Positions 35,809-42,506 of a DNA stretch of 64,000 nucleotides are shown one piece after another. The notes beneath the pieces were generated by a model. The model did no database searches. It was not told the origin of the DNA and worked only from the letters and a program-made list of their open reading frames with translations. Made by a program: the position numbers and the translations under genes. How positions within the stretch are numbered: the first letter of the stretch is position 1; each line of letters begins with the position of its first letter. Location: sequence record PV740454.1; one strand, given 5' to 3'.

Positions 35809-35885
35809 TGGATGCGTGAGGTTGGATTCGAACCAACGACCTTCGGCTTATGAGACCGATGAGCTGACCACTGCTCTACTCCGCA
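35809..35885 (-). tRNA. trnfM: Initiator-like tRNA-Met(CAT), atypical
   Basis: fMet-like D arm (GAGCAGTGGTCAGCTC) and CTCATAA loop; bulged acceptor, U73. Confidence 0.8.
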
Positions 35886-35895
35886 TTTATTCAAC

Positions 35896-35981
35896 AGCTT
35901 GCGTTCTTTGGTCTGTTTATCTCTGTCTGAACTAAGTTCGTCTAGTGATCAATAGATTAAGTAATTTGCAGTATGCAAGCT
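35896..35981 (-). ncRNA. Y-RNA-like element (86 nt)
   Basis: AGCTTGC/GCAAGCT closing helix, TACTGCAA, AAAGAAC before the 3' strand. Confidence 0.65.
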
Positions 35982-35986
35982 AAATC

Positions 35987-36073
35987 TGGTGGTTCGCCTA
36001 GGACTCGAACCTAGAAGCCCGATTAAGGGCGAGGGATTTACAATCCCCTGACTTACCATTAGTCTAACGAACC
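35987..36073 (-). tRNA. trnY: tRNA-Tyr(GTA)
   Basis: Loop TTGTAAA, long variable arm. Confidence 0.95.
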
Positions 36074-36079
36074 AGAATT

Positions 36080-36154
36080 TGGTTCACCCGACGAGATTCG
36101 AACTCGCGCATACTTCCTTGAAAGGGAAGTGACCTACCGTTAGTCTACGGGTGA
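36080..36154 (-). tRNA. trnE: tRNA-Glu(TTC)
   Basis: Loop CTTTCAA, ACCA. Confidence 0.92.
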
Positions 36155-36218
36155 ATTATATTGTATATTGATTTGCAAGCTAATCAACTTGCAAAGCGAT
36201 ACACAATGTATCTGAATT

Positions 36219-36292
36219 TGGTGGGTCCACAGAGATTCGAACTCTGACTGAAGGATTAAAAGTCCCATATGCTACCATTACATCATAGACCC
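36219..36292 (-). tRNA. trnK: tRNA-Lys(TTT)
   Basis: Loop CTTTTAA, ACCA. Confidence 0.93.
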
Positions 36293-36380
36293 AATTTGAT
36301 TTTCACGTTAAGAGCGTTTGCAAAATAACCCAAAACTAAAATCTCTTGCTTGATTTAACTCTTACAAACAAGCTATAATT

Positions 36381-36456
36381 TGGTGCACCCTACGGCTATC
36401 GAGACCGTGACCTGCGGGACTTCAATCCGCCGCTCTACCAACTGAGCTAAGGGTGC
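36381..36456 (-). tRNA. trnF: tRNA-Phe(GAA)
   Basis: Loop TTGAAGT, ACCA; T loop CTCGATA. Confidence 0.9.
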
Positions 36457-36508
36457 AATGTGCGAAGATTTATGTTTTAAGTCAGCTATCGCAAACAGAC
36501 TACATGTT

Positions 36509-36586
36509 TGGTACGCATGAAGAGATTCGAACTCTTAACTTCTGGTTTCTAAGACCAGTGCCTCTGCCAGATTGGGCTACATGCGC
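36509..36586 (-). tRNA. trnL: tRNA-Leu(TAG), short variable loop
   Basis: Loop CTTAGAA, 5-nt variable loop. Confidence 0.9.
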
Positions 36587-36611
36587 ATTAAATTGTAAAC
36601 TTCTTTTCTTC

Positions 36612-36660
36612 ATTATACATGATGTTTTTATCTTTGTAAACATCTTTTTTAATTTATTTT
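36612..36660 (-). promoter_or_regulatory. Strong sigma70/T4-early-type promoter driving the tRNA array
   Basis: GTTTACA-N17-TATAAT with TG and an A-rich UP element. Confidence 0.8.
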
Positions 36661-36791
36661 GAAGAACTTCGTTTTCTATGTGTTAATATTAACACTCACT
36701 CAAGACATCTTAAACACTAATTTGTGAAAAAGTTCGTTAAATTCTATCGTCTCGACAGTACTTAACGAGATACGGTCCTAAGCGTATCAAA

Positions 36792-36867
36792 TGGCACCCA
36801 ATACAAGATTCGAACTCGTAACCTTCGCCTTCGTAGGGCGCTGCTCTTCCAATTGAGCTAATCGGGC
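36792..36867 (-). tRNA. trnR: tRNA-Arg(ACG)
   Basis: Loop CTACGAA, GCCA. Confidence 0.95.
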
Positions 36868-36874
36868 ATTAAAT

Positions 36875-36951
36875 TGGTCCGCGACAAGCGATTCGAACGC
36901 TTAACTTCTCCGCCCCAAACGGAGTACTCTACCAGATTGAGCTAGTCGCGG
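36875..36951 (-). tRNA. trnP: tRNA-Pro(TGG)
   Basis: Loop TTTGGGG, ACCA. Confidence 0.95.
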
Positions 36952-37265
36952 TTTGTTCTTTAACTTTGTTTATGATACTCTGTAATCAAAATACGATAAA
37001 CAAAATTTTCAAATTATTTTCATTTTCTTCAGATAATAAAAAAGGACGCTATTTGCGTCCTCAAGTATACTTCTATGTTATACTATCGGACTACAAGAGG
37101 GAATCCCAGTTTTGTTTCGCACACGGATTCGCAAGATACACGAATTCTGAGCGCAGAAAATCGCTGCGTAAAATCTCAGTTGAATGTGTAATCGAATGTG
37201 TCATTGAATGCTCTCTTGCAAAAATTAAAATTGTTTTTCTTCTTTATTTTATTTATATTCGTGTT

Positions 37266-37493
37266 TCAATCGTATAGACAAATTTTACCATGTTTTTCAA
37301 AATATTTTAAAATTTCTTCATATTCAACGTCAGAAAGTGTGCGAAATTCACGAAATCCGTCACCAGTAGAAGCGTCGTAAGGAAGTCTTGTGTATTTTTT
37401 ATGCAAGTACGATTCATGCATACGAGCATCATTAACAGTTATAGACAATAAATTGTGTATATCAGTCCCACGTTTTCTCGCACATTCATACAC
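37266..37493 (-). CDS. Hypothetical protein
   Basis: 75 aa ORF. Confidence 0.55.
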   Translation of the reverse strand: MYECARKRGTDIHNLLSITVNDARMHESYLHKKYTRLPYDASTGDGFREFRTLSDVEYEEILKYFEKHGKICLYD

Positions 37494-37526
37494 TCTCTGT
37501 TTGACACGATAACTATTGCAAATTAA

Positions 37527-37760
37527 TTAACCTAGATGCTTACGCTTATTCATTTCAACTAGAATTTCATCGTTGTAATGCTTGTTAAGCTGTACAAACT
37601 TCTTGTGTTGATCTTCTGTCAACTCATTCGTGTCATTTAGGTGCTTCAAGAACCCAAGAGGCTTACGAAACGACTTACGATACTCGTTTAGACGTTCATC
37701 TGTTAGATTATGCAACTGTTTCGGAGTAAGCAGTACTTTATTAATATCAAAATTACTCAT
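37527..37760 (-). CDS. Hypothetical protein
   Basis: 77 aa; GAGG RBS. Confidence 0.7.
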   Translation of the reverse strand: MSNFDINKVLLTPKQLHNLTDERLNEYRKSFRKPLGFLKHLNDTNELTEDQHKKFVQLNKHYNDEILVEMNKRKHLG

Positions 37761-37785
37761 GTGTAACCTCTCTTTGTTTGTAAAA

Positions 37786-37901
37786 TGGTAGTCGGGGCTG
37801 GATTCGAACCAGCGACCACGTGCTTAACAGGCAATTGAAAGAGTGCTGGAGCGATACTTGACAGTATCATTCTTCGTGCTCTACCACTGAGCTACCCGAC
37901 T
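37786..37901 (-). ncRNA. tRNA-like RNA with about 40-nt insertion in the anticodon arm
   Basis: Normal acceptor, D and T arms + ACCA; insert AAGAAT-[GATACT-GTCA-AGTATC]-GC-TCCAGCAC...TGC-CTGTTAA-GCA. Confidence 0.8.
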
Positions 37902-37906
37902 GTAAA

Positions 37907-38200
37907 TTATTTAATGTTAAAGTCACCGCGTTCAAACGCTGCTAAAAATTCAGCAGTCGAATCAAATGCAATGTATTCTTTACCAGTATGTTCTTTTGTT
38001 CTTACTCTAACCTTACCACCACGAACTGCTACTTCGAACTGCCCAGATTTAACATGAGCGTCTTTTCGAATCGAACCTGACATCATTTTCTCAAGCTTTT
38101 TCGCAAAGTTTACGTCGTTGACAGTCGTAGGGTTCTGTGGCATCAGAGTATCCCAACGAGAATCGCGCATTTCGGTAACAAACTCATCAAAAGTTTTCAT
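37907..38200 (-). CDS. Internal-head-protein-like small protein
   Basis: MKTFDEFVTE; CATAAATA at 38223-38230. Confidence 0.8.
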   Translation of the reverse strand: MKTFDEFVTEMRDSRWDTLMPQNPTTVNDVNFAKKLEKMMSGSIRKDAHVKSGQFEVAVRGGKVRVRTKEHTGKEYIAFDSTAEFLAAFERGDFNIK

Positions 38201-38225
38201 TGTACTCTCCTTTTAAAGAAAGTAT

Positions 38226-38753
38226 TTATGTTCGAAGTTTGAACTTCAGATTTCGCCATTCAAAGTTACGTTTGTTCTTTTCTTTGTAGAACGAATCCCA
38301 GTCAATTGAAATAGGACAATTCTTACTTCCAACACGTGCAATGAACACATCGTGAGTCTTGCTGTATCGCGTTCTAAGCTCGTTTACGCGCTTATCGTAG
38401 TTAGCGATATAATCAGAGCAAGCTTTGTTGTACGCTGCTTTAGAGAAGCGTTCGTTGCTTGCAAACACGTGACCTAGATATGGGCGAATTACACGAACAC
38501 GTTCTCGCGACCATCCCATATCGAAACTGTTCTCGATCTCACCGGTAATCCTTCCCGTCTTTTTACAACGAGCTAGAATAACCCAACAACGCTCACGTCG
38601 AAAATCTTTTCGCGTGTACACGTTAACATGTTCTTCAACATATTCAGCGTGTTTGTTGTTGTAAATCGCTCGAAGACGCTTTCTCTCTTCAGGATCCATT
38701 GCAGCACGTTCTTCTTTAGAGAACGCTTGAGCAAATGTCATTGGCACATTCAT
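38226..38753 (-). CDS. Basic hypothetical protein
   Basis: 175 aa ORF. Confidence 0.7.
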   Translation of the reverse strand: MNVPMTFAQAFSKEERAAMDPEERKRLRAIYNNKHAEYVEEHVNVYTRKDFRRERCWVILARCKKTGRITGEIENSFDMGWSRERVRVIRPYLGHVFASNERFSKAAYNKACSDYIANYDKRVNELRTRYSKTHDVFIARVGSKNCPISIDWDSFYKEKNKRNFEWRNLKFKLRT

Positions 38754-38959
38754 AACATACCTCGCTTACGCTTCAACTGACTTCGCTCAATCTGAGTAGT
38801 AATTTGCTTGTCTTTAGCTTTACTGCGACGAGAGTTACCCCATCGAAACCCAGCACACAGCCCATGTTGATCACGCTTTAACTTTTTTGCAAGCCAATGC
38901 GGAATTTCTTCACCTTTGCGCTGATAGTGTTTAGCAGTATCAGTGTAAGTTTTACCCAT
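38750..38959 (-). CDS. Small basic hypothetical protein
   Basis: 69 aa; GGAG RBS. Confidence 0.65.
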   Translation of the reverse strand: MGKTYTDTAKHYQRKGEEIPHWLAKKLKRDQHGLCAGFRWGNSRRSKAKDKQITTQIERSQLKRKRGML

Positions 38960-38970
38960 AATATTCTCCG

Positions 38971-39208
38971 TGGCGGGTGAGAGAATCGAACTCTCTACTG
39001 GCGCAACACATCGTCAACCCGATAAGAGTTTCGAAGTAAGAGCCTATCAGCATATCAAATTCATTGTCTTTATTTCAACACACAACAGTTCGACCTATCG
39101 ATGTGTTTTTTCTCAACAAGCCCGAGTGATTCAGCACCACCACAGATAGCGAATCTGCAACTGTACTAATGTTCGGTATACACTGCACACAGAGCACCAA
39201 GCCCCGCC
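38971..39208 (-). ncRNA. Large tRNA-like RNA (238 nt): acceptor + T arm enclosing an insert of about 200 nt
   Basis: GGCGGG/CCCGCC stem; GAGAG-TTCGATT-CTCTC T arm; insert shares GCTGAA, GCTTGTTGAGAA and GAAAAAACAC with long RNAs 1 and 2. Confidence 0.7.
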
Positions 39209-39219
39209 ATAATAAATTG

Positions 39220-39297
39220 TGGTGACCCCAACAGGACTCGAACCTGTAACCTACCGATTATGAGTCGGTTGCTCTAACCGAGTTGAGCTATAGGGCC
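39220..39297 (-). tRNA. trnI: tRNA-CAT, probably Ile2 (lysidine type)
   Basis: GGCCC start and GGTTAGAGCAACCGACTCATAATCGG resemble enterobacterial ileX. Confidence 0.85.
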
Positions 39298-39300
39298 ATA

Positions 39301-39669
39301 TTAATTCTCAAGAAATCGACCAATCTTCGCTGCAAAAATGTTCTCTTCTTCTGCAATCAGAGCAACAGATTTTACCTGATGAAATACATCTTGATCATGT
39401 AAGTTATCTAGTTTGCCTGCACATTTTGTCAGTTCTTTGATTGTACGTCTAATCTCTATACCGTCATGCTGACTTACTTCAGGATGCGTGTTGAGATTAT
39501 CCATAACGGGAATTATTTTACCATAACATCCCATTCCGATGAAGTTTATCACAAGTCTATACTGCATTTCAACAGCAAATGAGCAATATTTTCTAAGATT
39601 GCGCTTTACAATCTCACAACGATGCAAGATGCAATCTAGCTCGTCGTTAATGTCATCAAACTTATTCAT
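39301..39669 (-). CDS. Hypothetical protein
   Basis: 122 aa; GAGG RBS. Confidence 0.7.
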   Translation of the reverse strand: MNKFDDINDELDCILHRCEIVKRNLRKYCSFAVEMQYRLVINFIGMGCYGKIIPVMDNLNTHPEVSQHDGIEIRRTIKELTKCAGKLDNLHDQDVFHQVKSVALIAEEENIFAAKIGRFLEN

Positions 39670-39682
39670 AAAACCTCGAAAG

Positions 39683-39803
39683 TGGTGGAGAGTACGGGAT
39701 TTGAACCACGTGACAAAAAGATTTACCTAGTTAAGGTTGCAGCATGAATGCTTGTCAGAATTCTTTAACATTCTTTCGCTCTACCAGACTGAGCTAACTC
39801 TCC
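39683..39803 (-). ncRNA. tRNA-like RNA with about 45-nt anticodon-arm insertion
   Basis: GGAGAGT/ACTCTCC-ACCA; normal D arm; AAAGA/TCTTT stem around an insert containing TGCTGCAA. Confidence 0.75.
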
Positions 39804-39817
39804 GTTGTAAAAACATA

Positions 39818-39941
39818 TTGATGCGGGTGCAGGAGTCGAACCTGCGTCACGATCTTATGAATGATATGCGAATTGATTGCCGTACAGATTCTTATCAGAA
39901 TCAGTTTTTGCTACGTGTGCTAACCACTACACCAACCCGCA
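39818..39941 (-). ncRNA. tRNA-like RNA with anticodon-arm insertion (paralog of 40192-40338)
   Basis: TGCGGGT/ACCCGCA; hairpin GATTCT-GATA-AGAATC then TACGGCAA; T arm GCAGG/CCTGC. Confidence 0.78.
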
Positions 39942-40191
39942 TCAATATGTTTTCGGGAGTGCTTGCATAGACATTTCTCTACACAAGCACAAAATCCTAT
40001 TATATGCCTTATCTAATCATAACACAATCTGGAATCGTGCGCTTTAAGTACGGGATTGATGACCCGTTCGCATATGATTAGCGTAAAAGTATGATTACGC
40101 ACCTTTTCTTCTTCAATGTCCAAGGCAAATAGGACGATGAATACTAGTGCGAGAAGATATACAATCAAATTGTTCACCTCGCTTTGTTAGT

Positions 40192-40338
40192 GAGAGTACA
40201 TTGGTCGAGTGTAACAGAATCGAACTGTTCCCACGATCTCCCTATGATATGCGTAAATTGGTTGCTGAATATAATCATGTCTGATTACAGTATGCTACGT
40301 GTGCTGCCACTACACCAACACTCGACCAATGTACTCTC
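40192..40338 (-). ncRNA. tRNA-like RNA with anticodon-arm insertion and 21-bp extended acceptor helix
   Basis: GAGAGTACATTGGTCGAGTGT perfect inverted repeat; hairpin TGTAATC/GATTATA then TTCAGCAA. Confidence 0.78.
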
Positions 40339-40340
40339 TA

Positions 40341-40489
40341 TATTTTAAATGTGCGCTACTTGCACGCCGACTGAGCGAATTTTAACTCAGCTAGTTTTTG
40401 TTCGTGAGTTAGTCCGCTAAGACTTCTCGCTGCTCGGCAGAACTTAACTGCCCCTATGTATTCATTGCGGCTAGCGCACATTTAAAATA
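40341..40489 (-). ncRNA. Structured RNA with 18-bp closing helix and multiway junction
   Basis: TATTTTAAATGTGCGCTA/TAGCGCACATTTAAAATA; internal GGCAG/CTGCC, TTAG/CTAA, CTGAG/CTCAG hairpins. Confidence 0.65.
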
Positions 40490-40602
40490 TAACTCATCTT
40501 CAGAAAAGAGACAGAAACGATGAGTCTAGTCTGTTTATCAAAGTGTTCATCTTCAAGAAGAGGCGAAAACGATGAACTTAGTTCGCTTAATCAACTGTGT
40601 TA

Positions 40603-40723
40603 ATCTTAACATCTTTTCAGTGTAAGTCAACAACTTTTTTCATTTATTTCATCGAGTTGAAAGTTTGTGTTTCTGTCTCTCGACTCGATGAAATACATTC
40701 TACAGATTTATTTTCGAAAGTCA
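40603..40723 (-). promoter_or_regulatory. Two tandem sigma70-type promoters at the head of the RNA island
   Basis: GTTGTTGACT-N16-TAAGAT and GTTGTTGACT-N16-TAGAAT, each with an A-rich UP region. Confidence 0.7.
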
Positions 40724-40742
40724 ACAACTTTTTCAAAATAAT

Positions 40743-41006
40743 TTAAACAGAAAGAATAATACCGCTTTCCGTCTCACCGCGCTCAAGCGCAGCATGTTTG
40801 ATCTGTAGTTGTGATACCGCTTGTTGAAGCTCAAGAATAGCTTTGTCATAAAGCTTGTTGTTCTCTTTAAGCAAAGTAATCTGATCAGTCTGCAAGCCGA
40901 CAATATACGTCAATAGAACGACGCTCTCATCTGAATTAAGTGATTCAGGGTCTTCTTGATACTTCTTCAATACTGCTTCGGTAGATAGATCAGTCATTGT
41001 TAGCAA
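40743..41006 (-). CDS. Coiled-coil hypothetical protein
   Basis: 87 aa; heptad pattern. Confidence 0.7.
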   Translation of the reverse strand: MLTMTDLSTEAVLKKYQEDPESLNSDESVVLLTYIVGLQTDQITLLKENNKLYDKAILELQQAVSQLQIKHAALERGETESGIILSV

Positions 41007-41445
41007 CCCAATTTAAGTCTAGTGGTTCGATGTATTCATCAACAAGACGAACTTCAGCGTTAACAAACATCGGTGTGATAACGTCATCATAAGATAACGT
41101 AACGTGAGGTTGATAGTCAGGGTAGTCGTGAGTACCACCGATAGAGATAAGATCTTCGTGACGTTCAACTAGTTCATCACATTTCATTTTAGCGACGACT
41201 GCGTGTTTACCGTCTTGTGTTTTCCAGCAGTCAATCTGCTCTATAGTAGCAACGAAGGTTGTATCTACTGTAGGCACGTCAATTTGCTTACGACTATAAA
41301 GCACAGTCACATGAAAATCATCTGGTTCTAGCGGATTTTGCAGACGAAGCGTTTTCTGCAATCGAATAAGTTCTTGTTTGCTTGCTTCGTCTAGCTTGAT
41401 ACCAACGTAAGTTCCCTGACTCTCAAGGAACTTAGATAGTTTCAT
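40990..41445 (-). CDS. 57B: 2H phosphoesterase, T4 gp57B / Acb1-like
   Basis: Two HxT motifs (FHVTVLYS, PHVTLSY); synteny with 57A and gene 1. Confidence 0.88.
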   Translation of the reverse strand: MKLSKFLESQGTYVGIKLDEASKQELIRLQKTLRLQNPLEPDDFHVTVLYSRKQIDVPTVDTTFVATIEQIDCWKTQDGKHAVVAKMKCDELVERHEDLISIGGTHDYPDYQPHVTLSYDDVITPMFVNAEVRLVDEYIEPLDLNWVANND

Positions 41446-41720
41446 TATTCAGCTTCTTCTTCTGTTGGCTCAGTAGGTGTTTCACCGGCAACTGGGCGCT
41501 CAGCCTTACCAGTGATGAAAGCGATTTCGTCAACATAGTTCTGTAGTGAACTTGCTTTTTCCTGATCGAAATCAAGTAGTTGCGCTAGTACGTTAACGAA
41601 TTGACCGAAAGAGCTACGTTCTGCTTGAAGTGCTTCTTGTAGGTCAAAGGTACGAACTTTAAGATCTTTGATTACTTCGCCTTGCTGTTCGATTACTTGT
41701 TCTGGAGTTTGTTGTGACAT
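41445..41720 (-). CDS. 57A: Tail fibre assembly chaperone gp57A-like
   Basis: Acidic coiled coil with LK-x-R-x-FD; position between gene 1 and 57B. Confidence 0.65.
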   Translation of the reverse strand: MSQQTPEQVIEQQGEVIKDLKVRTFDLQEALQAERSSFGQFVNVLAQLLDFDQEKASSLQNYVDEIAFITGKAERPVAGETPTEPTEEEAE

Positions 41721-41729
41721 TTCTTCACC

Positions 41730-42368
41730 TTAAAATAAATTGTTAATTTGTTCATGTAGCTCTTCAAGAGAGCCATTATTGTCTATTTGAATTGCGCCAT
41801 CGATATGACCCAACTCAGTATCGCTAATGTGATTTGATGCAAGAGAACCGTCTCTGGTTACCTGAAGCATCGTGCCACCAAGCTCTTGTACTAATTGCAA
41901 TTCGTTTTCAAAACGAACATCAGTAATTATAAAGACTAAATTAGGATTGTTAAACACTAGCTCATTGTATTTATTGCGTGCGTAATTTATCCAATGCTGA
42001 TCGTCAAGTGAACGAGCGACATCAGTACCAGTCATTTGCAATAAATCTCGAATACTGAACAATTCAGTATGTCGTAAAAGCGAGTAATACACATAATTAT
42101 AATCAGCATCAACCTTTGCGTATTCACAGCAAGTCAATACGATTTCTACCGCTTCGTCGAAAGTGAATGTAGGGACTTCTCTATCAAAATTGTTTTGCCC
42201 GTCGATGTCTGCGTACTCATAGCCATATTCTTTCAGTTTAATAAACAAACCCTCTTTAATCGGGTCTGCAAATTTGTAAATGTAAGCATTGTCACTATGA
42301 GATTCTTTTAGGATTTCAGCGACTGTATCTTTTCCAGAACGCTTCTGCCCATTGATTCCTATTATCAT
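41730..42368 (-). CDS. 1: Deoxynucleoside monophosphate kinase (gp1)
   Basis: GQKRSGKDT, FADPIK, R-x-LLQ-x2-GTD, ITDVRFENE. Confidence 0.92.
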   Translation of the reverse strand: MIIGINGQKRSGKDTVAEILKESHSDNAYIYKFADPIKEGLFIKLKEYGYEYADIDGQNNFDREVPTFTFDEAVEIVLTCCEYAKVDADYNYVYYSLLRHTELFSIRDLLQMTGTDVARSLDDQHWINYARNKYNELVFNNPNLVFIITDVRFENELQLVQELGGTMLQVTRDGSLASNHISDTELGHIDGAIQIDNNGSLEELHEQINNLF

Positions 42369-42452
42369 AATGAGTTACCAGTCAATTATTGTTTCGTGTC
42401 TTGATTATACGACGAAAGTGGAGTTATCTAAACAGAACTCTATTCTCATTCC

Positions 42453-42506
42453 CTAATATCTCTAATTCCTCTAAGTTCACTAAAACCCCTAATACTACTA
42501 AGATGA
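42453..42506. repeat. Six CTAA units at an exact 9-bp period
   Basis: CTAA starts at 42453, 42462, 42471, 42480, 42489, 42498. Confidence 0.7.

Noticed and set aside
36308-36365. Another Y-like element (TAAGAG/CTCTTA stem with AAGCAAG)
   Set aside because: The motif match is too poor to count as a family member.
36966-37260. Gene or origin in the AT-rich gap
   Set aside because: Explained by a terminator (about 37040-37065), a promoter-like sequence and low-complexity DNA; only a short ORF with no recognisable RBS or family motif.
38971-39208. tmRNA
   Set aside because: No G3:U70 pair, no GAC-type D-loop, too short, and no tag reading frame ending in Ala-Ala-like residues.
37786-40338. Group I or archaeal-type introns in the tRNA-like genes
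   Set aside because: Inserts of 40-50 nt are too short for group I, show no P7/R/S core, and have no clear bulge-helix-bulge; removal does not obviously restore a 7-nt anticodon loop.
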